A stretch of 64,000 nt of DNA. Origin: Eledone cirrhosa (Eukaryota). Position 1 is the stretch's first letter; the number at the start of each line of letters is the position of its first letter. The notes under the pieces are model-generated. The model saw nothing but the letters and a program-made list of their open reading frames with translations. It had not been told where the DNA came from and searched no databases. This document shows positions 27,063 to 40,036 of this stretch, piece by piece. The stretch spans positions 291,338,001 to 291,402,000 of the forward strand of contig OZ024740.1 of NCBI GenBank assembly GCA_964016885.1. Reading direction: 5' to 3'. Both the position numbers and the translations under genes were made by a program.

Positions 27063-27810
27063 CATACACACATATACATACATATACACATATACATATA
27101 TATATATACATATATACATATATATACATATATACATATATACATATACACACATACATATACATATATATATATACATATACATATATACATATGCATA
27201 TATCTATATATATATACATATACATACATATACATATACATATACATATATACGCATACATATACATACACATACATACATATACATATACATACATATA
27301 GATATACATATATATATATATATATATACATACATATATATATATATATACACATATATATACATACATATATATATATATACATATATATATACATACA
27401 GACATACATATATATACATATACACACATATATATATACATATATATATATACATATACATATATATATACATATACATACATACATATATGTACATATA
27501 CATATACATATATATATACATACACATATATATATATATATATACATACATATACACATATATATACATATATATAACATATACATATATATATATACAT
27601 ATACATATATATACATATATACACATACACATACATATATATATACATATACACATATATACATATATATACACATATATACATATATATATAGATATAC
27701 ATATACATATATATACATATATATATATACATATACATACATATATATATACACATATATACATACATATACATATATATACATATATACACATACACAT
27801 ATATATACAT

Positions 27811-27859
<49 letters not shown>

Positions 27860-28666
27860 CACATATATACAGATACATACATATATACATACACATACAT
27901 ATACATACATATATATATATACATATGGTGGCTGCCAACTCGTTTTCAAGTACGGCCACTACTTTATATCCATGTAGGAGAACCCCTACCAATGCGCTGA
28001 ACGAGTGTGACTTTTTAGTCCAGCCAGCGACTTGAAAACTCTGGTACAAACACTACACCTGTAACAATTATTGACACATAGTGCTGGGCCCATGGTACCC
28101 TGTGACGACAAGTGCAGAGAGATCTCCAGATATAAAGCAATGCCTGTGCCATGAAGCTTTTATAGCGAGCAAAGGCACTGCACAAAGCCAGTCCCACTCT
28201 CTTAACCAAGATGATATTTACCTAAGGCTAAGGGGTCATCTCTCCCGGTGATTTTGGATGGCCATTGACTCTTAAGAGCTCCTTTGCCCTTTGACAGGTT
28301 TTGTTTTTAGTCCAGCAGGATGTCCAAAGTCACCCTCCTCACCAAGAAACCTTGGTGGGGTTGCCAGTTTAGTCGCCAACGACCCGACCATGAGACGGGT
28401 TGTACTGGGATACATGTTATCAGTAGCACCAATACATATACACATATATATACATACACATATATATATATACATACATATACACATATATATATACATA
28501 TATATACATATACATATATATACATATACATATATATATATACATATACATATACATATACATATGTCAGGTCATACACACATATGCACATATATATACA
28601 CACATATACATACACATATACACATATATACATACATATATACACATATATATATATATATCTATC

Positions 28667-28700
<34 letters not shown>

Positions 28701-28777
28701 TATACATATACATATATATATACATATACATACATATATACATATACATATATATACATACATATATATATATATAC

Positions 28778-28863
<86 letters not shown>

Positions 28864-28989
28864 ATATACATATACACATATACATATATACATATAGATA
28901 TATACACATATACATATACACATATACATATATATATATATATACATATACGTATATATATACATATACACATATACATATATATATAC

Positions 28990-29034
<45 letters not shown>

Positions 29035-29090
29035 TACACATATACACATATATATATACACACATATACATATACACACACATATATATA

Positions 29091-29122
<32 letters not shown>

Positions 29123-29227
29123 CATACACACATATACATACATATATACATATACATACATATATATATACATATATACATATATACAAGTACACACATA
29201 CATAAACATATATATATACATATATAC

Positions 29228-29264
<37 letters not shown>

Positions 29265-29389
29265 CATACATATACATATATACACATACATATACATACA
29301 CATACATATACATATACATACACACATCTATACATATACATACATATATACATACATATATATATATATATACACATATATATACATAC

Positions 29390-29424
<35 letters not shown>

Positions 29425-29961
29425 CATACATACACACATATATATATACATATATATATACATATATATATACATATACATATACATATACATATATATA
29501 TATATATATACATATACATACATACATATATATAAATATACATATACACATATATATATATACACATATATATATATATATACATACATATACACATATA
29601 TATACATATATATACATATACATATATATATATACATATACATATACATATATCTACATATATATATATACATATATATATATATACATATATATATCTC
29701 TATACATATACATATATATATATATATATAGACATACACATACATATATATACATATACACATATACACATATATATATACATATACATATAAATATATA
29801 TACGCATATATACATACATATACATATATATACATATATATGCATACACATATATATGCATATATATGCATACACATATATATACATATACATACATATA
29901 TATATATACACATATACATATACATATATATATACATACACACATACACATACATATACAT

Positions 29962-30009
<48 letters not shown>

Positions 30010-30041
30010 ATATACACATACATACACATACATATACATAC

Positions 30042-30087
<46 letters not shown>

Positions 30088-30174
30088 GGTTGGAGAACCC
30101 CTACTGATGTGCTGAACGAGTGTGACTTTTTAGTCCAGCAAGCGACTTGAAAACTCTGGTACAAACACTATGTA

Positions 30175-30230
<56 letters not shown>

Positions 30231-30325
30231 CATATATATATATATATATATATACATACATATACACATACATATACATACACACATATACATATGCATA
30301 CACATACATATATACATATACATAC

Positions 30326-30360
<35 letters not shown>

Positions 30361-31015
30361 CATACATATATATATATATGGTGGCTACCAACTCATTTCC
30401 GAGTACGGCCACTACTTTATATCCATGTAGAAGAACCCCTACCGATGCGCTGAACGAGTGTGACTTTTTAGTCCAGCCAGCGACATGAAAACTCTGGTAC
30501 AAACACTACACCTGTAACAATTATTGACACATAGTGCTGGGCCCATGGTACCCTGTGATGACAAGTGCAGAGAGATCTCCAGATATAAAGCAATGCCTGT
30601 GCCGTGAAGCTTTTATAGTGAGCAAAGGCACTGCACAAAGCCAGTCCCACTCTCTTAACCAAGATGATATTTACCAAAAAGAAGAACAAGTCAACATCAT
30701 TGGATACCATCAGAGTTGCAGGTGTTATATCAGAGTTTTCCTTCTCCTGGAATTCTGCCTTGACAAAGGCTAAGGGGTCATCTCTCCCGGTGATTTGGGA
30801 TGGCCATTGACTCTTAAGAGCTCCTTTGCCCTTTGACAGGTTTTGTTTTTAGTCCTGCAGGATGTCCAAAGTCACCCTCCTCACCAAGAAACCTTGGTGG
30901 GGTTGCCAGTTTAGTCGCCAACGACCCGACCATGAGACGGGTTGTACTGGGATACATGTTACCAGTAGCACCAACTGGTGACCTGACATAATATATATAT
31001 ACACATATATATACA

Positions 31016-31047
<32 letters not shown>

Positions 31048-31210
31048 CATACATACATATATATACATATACACACATATATATATACATATATATATAC
31101 ATATACATATACATATATATATATTATATACATATACATACATATATATACATATATACATATACATACATATATATACATATACACATATATATATACA
31201 TACACAGACA

Positions 31211-31255
<45 letters not shown>

Positions 31256-31293
31256 ATATACATATATATACATACATATATACATATATATAC

Positions 31294-31324
<31 letters not shown>

Positions 31325-31699
31325 CATATACATATATATACATATATATATACATATATATATATATACATATACATATCTATATACATATACATATATA
31401 TACATATATACACATACACATACATATATATATACATATACACATATATACATATATATACACATACACATATATACATATATATACACATATATACATA
31501 TATATATACATATACATATATATACATATATATATATACATATACATACATATATATATACACATATATACATACATATACATATATATACATATATATA
31601 CATACACATATATATATACATATACATACATATATATATATATATATACACATATACATATATATACATACACACATACACATACATATACATACACAC

Positions 31700-31730
<31 letters not shown>

Positions 31731-31917
31731 CATATACATATATATATACACATACATACACATACATACACATACATACACATACATACACATACATACA
31801 TATATACATACACATACATACACATACATACATATATACATACACATACATATACATACATATACATATATATATATATAATATATAAGATCAAAAGATG
31901 GTTAAAAGAGTTCCATG

Positions 31918-31988
31918 TATTTTATTATGCGCATTTCAAAAACAAATATCATCATGCAATAACATTTGTGTTTTCATCAGATAAAATA
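31918..31988 (-). ncRNA. Type I hammerhead ribozyme motif (antisense arm)
   Basis: Reverse complement of 32391-32461. Confidence 0.7.
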
Positions 31989-32390
31989 GGAAGACATGAT
32001 ATGAAGGTTAAAAAACACTTGTGAATAGTGCAGTTTTAAATCAACATATGAAAAGTAGTTTTAGATTGATGTGTGATATTGGGAAAAAAAATTGGGGGGG
32101 GGGGTGAAAAAGAGGAGGAGATGAGAGTAAAAAGTGGAGGGGGAGGAGTATAATGAGGAAGGATGAGATAGGAGGAGAGATGGGTGATAGAGAGAGAGAG
32201 ATAGCTTTTATAACTGAGAAAAATATATTGTTTTACATACTCTCATCTCCTCCTCTTTTTCATCCTTTCCACCCCCACCCCCCTCAAAAAATTTTCCCAA
32301 TATCACACATCAATCTAAAACTACTTTTCATATGTTGATTTAAAACTGCACTATTCACAAGTGTTTTTTAACCTTCATATCATGTCTTCC

Positions 32391-32461
32391 TATTTTATCT
32401 GATGAAAACACAAATGTTATTGCATGATGATATTTGTTTTTGAAATGCGCATAATAAAATA
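32391..32461 (+). ncRNA. Type I hammerhead ribozyme motif
   Basis: Same as 17029-17099 except two stem II changes that keep pairing (U.G to U-A, A-U to G.U). Confidence 0.72.
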
Positions 32462-33394
32462 CATGGAACTCTTTTAACCATCTTTTGATCTTATATATTA
32501 TGTATACTCCAGTCCTACAAACTGTAGAGTGCTTCTTATCCGATATCTGCATTGCTTTATTGTACTACAATAAAACTCACCTCCTACATATATATATATA
32601 TATATATACATATGGTGGCTGCCAACTCGTTTGCGAGTATGGCCACTACTTTATATCCATGTAGGAGAACCCCTACTGATGCGCTGAACGACTGTGACTT
32701 TTTAGTCCAGCCAGCGACTTGAAAACTCTGGTACAAACACTACACTTGTGACAATTACTGACACATAGTGCTGGGCCCATGGTACCCTGTGACGACAAGT
32801 GCAGAGAGATCTCCAGATATAAAGCAATGCCTGTGCCATGAAGCTTTTATAGCGAGCAAAGGCACTGCACAAAGCCAGTCCCACTCTCTTAACCAAGATG
32901 ATATTTACCAAAAAGAAGAACAAGTCAACATCATTGGATACCATCAGGGTTGCAGGTGTTATATCAGAGTTTTCCTTCTCCTAGAATTCTGCCTTGACAA
33001 AGGCTAAGAGGTCATCTCTCCCGGTGATTTTGGATGGCCATTGACTCTTAAGAGCTCCTTTTCCCTTTGACAGGTTTTGTTTTTAGTCAAGCAGGATGTC
33101 CAAAGTCACCCTCCCCACGAAGAAACCTTGGTGGGGTTGCCAGTTTAGTCGCCAACAACCCGACCATGAGACAGGTTGTACTGGGATACATGTTACCAGT
33201 AGCACCAACTGGTGACCTGACACCAACATACATACATACATACATACATACATACATGTGTGTGCATATATGGATTCAAAAAACTGACAGTCCATTTTAA
33301 TATTATAATTATTATTATAAATATTTTATACATAAATGTTTTAGTATTTTTATCGAAGAATGTTTATTCTTTACTTTTTTATATAATTGCTAAG

Positions 33395-33449
33395 GTAAAG
33401 GAATTGGAGACTAATCAACCATACAGATCTACCTCTTTATACGTTCCAT
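33395..33449 (+). CDS. IL-17R-like module exon C2 (VKELETNQPYRSTSLYVP)
   Basis: Same splice sites as C1; one silent change and one F>S change. Confidence 0.7.
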
Positions 33450-33690
33450 GTAAGTACAAAAAGTCAAAATATGTAAATAACTTTTCCCATGTTGTTATAT
33501 GATTTTACTCCTACATAATTCTTCTTTTTGTTCTCAAAACCCGAGAGTATATATATATATACATACACACACATATATATATATATACAGTCTGCTTACC
33601 TTTATGTGGTTATAAATGTATGTGTATGTCAGTGCATGTGTCTGTGTGGCTGTGCCTGTGTGTCGGTGTCTGTGTGTGCGTCTGTATGTG

Positions 33691-33770
<80 letters not shown>

Positions 33771-33994
33771 TAAGTATGTTTGTAAGTTTTATATTTATCC
33801 TAACAGTATTGCAGTGGACAAGACACATATATGTCCATAACCTCAGTTGACTGTCACCACATCCATTTATTTCCTTGTAACATCTGTAAAATTTCCTATT
33901 TCACAGATGTTTTCTGAATGTCTTTAAAATATTCTCATTTTCACTCACAAAACTACAGCAAGTATCTGTTATGTATCACTTCAGATATTTGATC

Positions 33995-34412
33995 CCTTTT
34001 TTATGTAGATGTTGAAGTTGGTGAAAATTGTCCCTTTTTTATGTAAATGTTGAAGTTGTTGAAAATTGACCCTTTTTTAAAGAAGATATTGAAGTTGGTG
34101 AAAATTGGCCCTTTTTTAAAGAAGATGTTAAAGTTGGTTAAAATTGTCCCTTTTTTATGTAGATTTTGAAGTTGGTGAAAATTGACCCTTTTTATGTAAA
34201 TGTTGAAGTTGGTGAAAATTGACCCTTTTTTTAAAGAAGATATTGAAGTTGATGAAAATTGGCCCTTTTTTAAAGAAGATGTTGAAGTTGGTGAAAATTG
34301 GCCCTTTTTTAAAGAAGATGTTAAAGTTGGTTAAAATTGTCCCTTTTTTATGTAAATGTTGAAGTTGGTGAAAATTGGCCCTTTTTTTAAGTAGATGTTG
34401 AAGTTGGTGAAA
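33995..34412. repeat. ~38-39-bp minisatellite, about 11 copies (paralog 19455-19570 has about 3)
   Basis: Units of the form gatgttgaagttggtgaaaattg.ccctttttt. Confidence 0.9.
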
Positions 34413-34668
34413 ATCAACAAAATATTGACCTCAAATATAAACAACCCCACCCACCCCCACCCGGCCATTTTAGCATCAATTATTTTGTTATATATTTCTC
34501 GACTTACACACAAGTATGTACAGTAACTTTACAAACGCATGTAGTGTATTATGGCTGATGGCCAATTCAGCATTGTTTTACCATTTCTCCCAGTAATAGT
34601 ACGAGAATTAAAATTTACAATACAATTCTACATTCAAGGCTAATCATTATGTTGTCTTTTGTGACAAG

Positions 34669-34740
34669 GTGACCATAACATTTCTTTAGAAAACCAAAAT
34701 CTGTGTGAAGATATTAAAAAGAAAACTTCAGTTTTGCCAG
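34669..34740 (+). CDS. IL-17R-like module exon D2
   Basis: Same splice sites as D1; silent CTA>CTG. Confidence 0.7.
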
Positions 34741-34829
34741 GTGAGAAAACCTATCTAATTGTATATATTGAAAATTAGTATTTCTGTGTTGTCATTTACA
34801 AGGTTTTTTTTTAATTGTGTTGATCTAGT

Positions 34830-35372
34830 GGCAGGGGCTGTATCTATGGCAAGGGGCTGTGTCCTTGACATTCACTAGAGGAAGGGGTCTTTGTCCTTGA
34901 CATTCACTAGTGGAAGGGGCTGTGTCTATGACATTTACCAGAGGAAGGGGGCTGTGTCTTTAACATCCACTAGTGGAAGGGGCTGTGTCTATGACATTTA
35001 CCAGAGGAAGGGGGCTGTGTCTTTAACATCAACTAGTGGAAGGGGCTGTGTCTATGACATTTACCAGAGGAAGGGGACTGTGTCTTTAACATCCACTAGT
35101 GGAAGGGGCTGTGTCTATGACATTTACCAGAGGAAGGGGGCTGTGTCTTTAACATCCACTAGTGGAAGGGGCTGTGTCTATGACATTTACCAGAGGAAGG
35201 GGGCTGTGTCTTTAACATCCACTAGTGGAAGGGGCTGTGTCTATGACATTTACCAGAGGAAGGGGACTGTGTCTTTAACATCCACTAGTGGAAGGGGCTG
35301 TGTCTATGACATTTACCAGAGGAAGGGGGCTGTGTCTTTAACATCCACTAGTGGAAGGGAGCTGTGTCCTTA
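34830..35372. repeat. 63-bp (31+32) higher-order minisatellite, about 7.5 copies
   Basis: Produces the 21-aa periodic ORF 34891-35373. Confidence 0.9.
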
Positions 35373-35716
35373 ATATTTACAAAGAACAGTGAGGTTATTG
35401 TGATTAAGATGCTTAAATAGTTGCAAATGGCTGCAGGAAAAATATGAGCAAGGAAGGAATTCCATGGAGTTGATGTTCTGGATAGGAAAGACTAAGTGCA
35501 ATGATTAGTGGGGGAAGGGCTCAGTATGTGGGATACAATATGAGTGACAAAGTGATGAAAGATGAGTGTAGTTTTAGTGTCTGAGAAAGTCAAAAATGAG
35601 ACCCACAAAAATACGTATGATCAAGGATGACTAAAAGTATCTCTTTTCTTGCATCAAAAACATTTCAAGACATCTGATATATGTTAAATTGATATTTTCC
35701 TTTCATTTACTTTCAG

Positions 35717-35848
35717 TGAGTTTTATTAAGACAACCAAACAACCTGATTTTTCCACAAGTATCCAATCATTGGAAAGTAATAGTCAGAACTCTGTTGTGT
35801 GGATTTTGATCCTGGTTTTGGTTTTACTGTTCATTGTCTCATTATTTT
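35717..35848 (+). CDS. IL-17R-like stalk and transmembrane exon (VSFIKTT...NSVVWILILVLVLLFIVSLF)
   Basis: Acceptor tttactttcag, donor T|gtaagt, 132 nt, phase 1/1; S/T-rich stalk then a hydrophobic run that continues LLLQRR in the next exon. Confidence 0.85.
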
Positions 35849-36654
35849 GTAAGTATTTCTGCAACATATAAAAGTTAACATTTAGGATTTTATAAAACCA
35901 AAAACTTGTTCAGTGTCTGTCTAAATCTATATGAGACTGGATTTTCTTGTAGTTATTTAGATGATGTACATATCTCCTGGTGAGAACCTAACTAAGTTTG
36001 AAAATCAGTTAAAGATACTTATGGGATGAGCTTCACATCTCACTTACATTCCAACAATTTACAAAATGTACTAGGTGCATGAGGTTGTTATGTCCTCAAC
36101 AGAGCTGAAGAGTCCTCTCAACCCTATGTTTGGCAAGTTTTCTCACTTTATCAGTTAATTTAATCTTGGGTCTAAAATAATCGTCCTCCTTCCCCACATA
36201 TTAATTTTTCAATTTTTTTCCACCCGCCACCTGCTCTTATCCCCGCTCCCCGCTTATTAAATTTTGCTAATCTATCTCCAGCAAAATTTTATTTTAAGTC
36301 GTAGCATTCCTGTGGCAAGTAATTTTCTATATTCATTAAAAAACATTATACATAACAAAAATAAGAACACTACTAGAAATCCGATATGTTATAAAATAAA
36401 TAGGATGGATTGAGGTCTCAATGTGTAAACTAAACAACTAATTTTTTTTTTTTTTAAATCAACGGAGACAACCTAGAAAAATTACCGATTCCCGCCCTCT
36501 CCCCTTATTCCAACCCCCTCCTATTATTTGGGACCCATGAATAGATAAATAGTCAACAACCATTAATTAGTCAATTCAACTTTATTTTATTTTTCAAATT
36601 TCCCTTTTGAGAATACTGAGGAATCAATTTTTGAGACCCAAATTTTCAGCAGTT

Positions 36655-36850
36655 ATTGAAGCTGTTGGATAGGCAGTATCAGTAGAGGGTCGGACGCCAT
36701 GCTTTCTAGCATAGTTACGTCCCTTTACAATCTGAATTCAAATCCCGCTGAGGTTGACTTTGCCTTTCATCCTTACGGGGTCGATAAAATAAAGTACCAG
36801 TAATGCACTGGTTAATTGCTGGCCTTGTGCCTATAGTAGAAACAATTATA
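36655..36850 (+). mobile_element. tRNA-derived MetaSINE-like element (other copies at about 40670-41060 x2, 41195-41410, 42735-42860, and 61155-61305 on -)
   Basis: A/B-box head (ggcagtatcagtag..gttcaaatcc) plus core gcctttcatccttacggggtcgataaaataaagtaccag. Confidence 0.75.
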
Positions 36851-37289
36851 TGTTAGTGTATATTGTGTGTGTATGTTTGTGTGGGTGTGTGCATCTATGT
36901 TAATTTTTACACTACTTAACAACTGGTACTGTTTGTCTATGTCATATAACTCAGCATTTAGACAAATAGGGATTGACAAAATAAGTGCTGAACTTGAATA
37001 ATCAGCATAACTCAAGATGGCACTGAACTTCCATGGCTGCAGACCAAAGACTGAAATTAGTAAAAGAATAATAGACAGAGGTATTTTATAGTATTTTGTG
37101 TGTTATATTTCAACAGCTGTTAGGCTGGATATTTAGTGTATAATCATACTTAATCTTTACAGCACAACTATGTACAAAGTATGTCATGATATGCTGTAAA
37201 TAATGTAATTAATAACTGTTGACTGTATTAGATTTCTATTTTATCTTCTTGTATCTGACTCTAAGTCTTTTTATCTATTTGATTTACAG

Positions 37290-38206
37290 TGCTACTTCAA
37301 AGGAGAATTTCTTCAAAATATTTATTGTGCACAGACATAAAGCAGGATATGGCTAAACAACAAGGCCTGATTATATCTTTCCCTCACCCTATGGAACATT
37401 GTGCTGCTACCAAAGAACTAACAATAATCTTAAACTGTTATACAAGCTTACATGTAAGAAACTCCCAGGAAATGAAATTAAAAGAAAACCAATCACTTCA
37501 AAAACAAATTCAGCAAGTTTATGACAATTTTAACACCTTCATTATCATCCATTCTGATGGTTTGTATAATCACAACCAGAATCAGGGAAAAAATAAGATT
37601 GGACAAGAAATGGCTGATTTTACAATTGATCTTGTTAAATTCTGCACTACAGATGGTTTATATCAGTTAAAAAATATCTATCATGTCACATTTGATGAAG
37701 ATCCAAGTATATTTGAATACTCTGAGCTATGTTCTGATTTCCAAGATAACATGTATTACTTATACAGACCAAATGTTTTTGGAAATAATGGTTTGGATTT
37801 GAATCAAATTGAAAATTTCCTCAATGATATAAATGACCAACAGGCAGATGTACAACCAAGTGGACACCATATTAAATTCCATTTGAACTGGAAAGAAAGT
37901 AGAGAAATACAAAATTTAAATGATGCTTTGATTTCTCGAGACTATAAACAAAAAGTGTTTCCTGATTGGTATGTTGACATGTTCCCCCAATCAAAACTTA
38001 ATAAAAATTTGTTTAGTCTCAATTTAGACACAATTTCAAAAAAGATACAGACTGAAAATGATAGTGTTATGGAAAGTAGCTTGAACTTAGATTTTCAGTC
38101 AAATAATATTTTGCTAGAACCACCCAGACTGCTAGATAACATTTCAGAAATTGATAGTGACCAAATATCTGTATTTCTTGAGAAAATTAATATGCATAAA
38201 TACTGA
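37290..38206 (+). CDS. IL-17R-like terminal exon: cytoplasmic SEFIR-like domain and acidic tail
   Basis: Acceptor gatttacag and a 305-codon open frame. Motifs GLIISFPHPMEHCAATKELTIIL, FNTFIIIHSDGLY, DFTIDL, KNIYHVTFD and MYYL follow the SEFIR order. Recognised by eye, not by HMM. Confidence 0.78.
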
Positions 38207-39817
38207 GTGCAAAGCAATCATATTTAATATTTTTCACTTAAATGTGATTATAATATAAATATTAATGGCAGTGAATCAGCAGAGTCATTAGAATGTCAGA
38301 TAAAATGCTTTGTGGTAGTCGTTTTGGCTCTCTACTCTCTGAGTTCAAATCCTGCCAAAGTCAACATTTCCTTTAATCCTTTCGAAATCGATAAAAAAAA
38401 TACCAGTCTATTATTGAGATCGATTCTTCCTCTATATCTCTTTCTCACTTCTTCTCGGTCACTTTCTATCCTTCTCTGAAGAAATCTGTTGTACTCAGGT
38501 GTGGAGAAGAATGGGCTTCGCCAGGTTTTAAAATGTCCAAGAAACACTGTATGTCACTACAGCGCCCCTACAACTCCATCAGGAGTTATGGGACCATACC
38601 ATACCAATGTAAATATGTTCAAAACATTGAGGGAATCAAGTAGGCATTCTATGGAACTAAATAACAACACTGATGATTCCCAAAACTTTGCAGAAGCATA
38701 CATTCCATTCAATAGTATAATATATTTCTGTCATGGATACAGAACTGGAAACCAGGCAATAGTAGTTGAAACAGAAATCTGAATAAAAGATGAAGGTTCA
38801 CAAAATGTTGAATAAGTTGAATTATTTAGAGGAGAAGAAAGTTTTACATTTTAGTCTCTTGCCTTTTGACAGGGAGTAGAAAATTACAAAGAAGTTGTTT
38901 ACTTGGGTGACGGCACACGTAACTAACTTTTATCTATTCTCTGTTAAAAAGTAAGATCCCAATGCATACAACTTCCTATTCCTTGTGACAACTGAAATTA
39001 TTTGACACTCTACAGACCCCCCTCAACAGTTTCATCAGATTTAAATAAAATGACTAACAGTTAGATGCTACTCAGAAAAAGAGATGTTAGTTTTATCTAA
39101 TTTGGTGAAAATAGCAACATTTTCTTTAGATCACACCCTAACATTAGTAAAAGAAAAAAAAAGAAAAATTCAAAGACTTTTTGAATAATCTAGTCCTGGA
39201 TATAGAAAACAATGAGATGATTATGACTGGAACATCTTTAGAGTTAATCCTGCTCTATTAAGAATCACCTGGATAAACAACAACAACAAAAAAAACAACT
39301 GTTTATTCAACTTGTAGACAACTGATAAAGAACTAACATTTTAATACAATATTTCAACTGAAATTTTAAAAAAGACATACAGTACAATTATCTTATCAGG
39401 AATTATACCAAATTTTCAACACAACCAGTTTTTCAATTATCCATCAGATAATTGACTCACAGAAATTCAAGAGACTTGAATCTAAGAACTGCTAAGAACT
39501 GGGGTGGGTGAGAGATGTCTCTTTTGTTAAAATGGGTGTAGCTTTCATTATGTAAAATCTCTCCATTTTGACTCATTTCTTCCTGTTTTGCGGCATTTCT
39601 TTTCATGATACTCCCCATTTGGGGTTTTAGAAGTAGGCAGGTCTGCAACTGCTATAGGCCTACACTTTTGAAAGGGCATTCTCACTTCAATTCAAGTTCT
39701 GTTACTTGTAAGTACATCATGTACTCTACATGTACATGTATTTGCTTGTAACTAATACATGTATTTTGCACTGATTACTACAATAATTAATTAGCAGTTT
39801 GAAAAAGAGCTTACATT

Positions 39818-40036
39818 TCACATCTGGCCTGGGCCTGTTACCAGCTGGGGAGCATCTTGCATCAGGCCTGGACCTGTTACCAGCTGGGGAGCATCTTGCA
39901 TCAGGCCTGGACCTGTTACCAGCTGGGGAGCATCTTGCATCTGGCCTGGGCCTGTTACCAGCTGAATGTATCTTGCATCTAGCCTGGGACAATTACCAGC
40001 TGGAGGAATCTTTCATCTGGTCCAGGCCTGTTACCA
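39818..40036. repeat. 38-39-bp GC-rich minisatellite, about 5-6 copies
   Basis: Units catc(t/a)ggcctgg(g/a)cctgttaccagctggggagcatcttg. Confidence 0.85.

Larger units (their letters stand above)
31880..32588 (+). mobile_element. Fold-back Penelope-like element, second instance
   Basis: ~250-bp inverted arms (about 31880-32128 and 32238-32500), same tail as at 17140-17227. Confidence 0.7.
26308..33221 (-). mobile_element. Cluster of five bipartite RTE-derivative copies (about 26308-26500, 27925-28432, 30086-30170, 30378-30988, 32612-33221) separated by kb-long (TA/TACA)n tracts
   Basis: Each copy matches 14754-15364; some are deleted. The intervening tracts are microsatellite. Confidence 0.8.
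20714..35651 (+). repeat. Tandem segmental duplication, copy 2 (enlarged by insertions and repeat growth)
   Basis: Starts ccttccaaa..tagtataac, as at 10489; collinear with copy 1. Confidence 0.9.

Noticed and set aside
26397-31894. Many long ORFs (up to 595 aa) rich in Y/I/H/T or Y/M/C/V
   Set aside because: Translations of (TA)/(TACA)n microsatellite, which lacks stop codons.
34891-35373. 160-aa ORF with a 21-aa repeat
   Set aside because: Intronic 63-bp minisatellite; the paralogous array is not frame-preserving.
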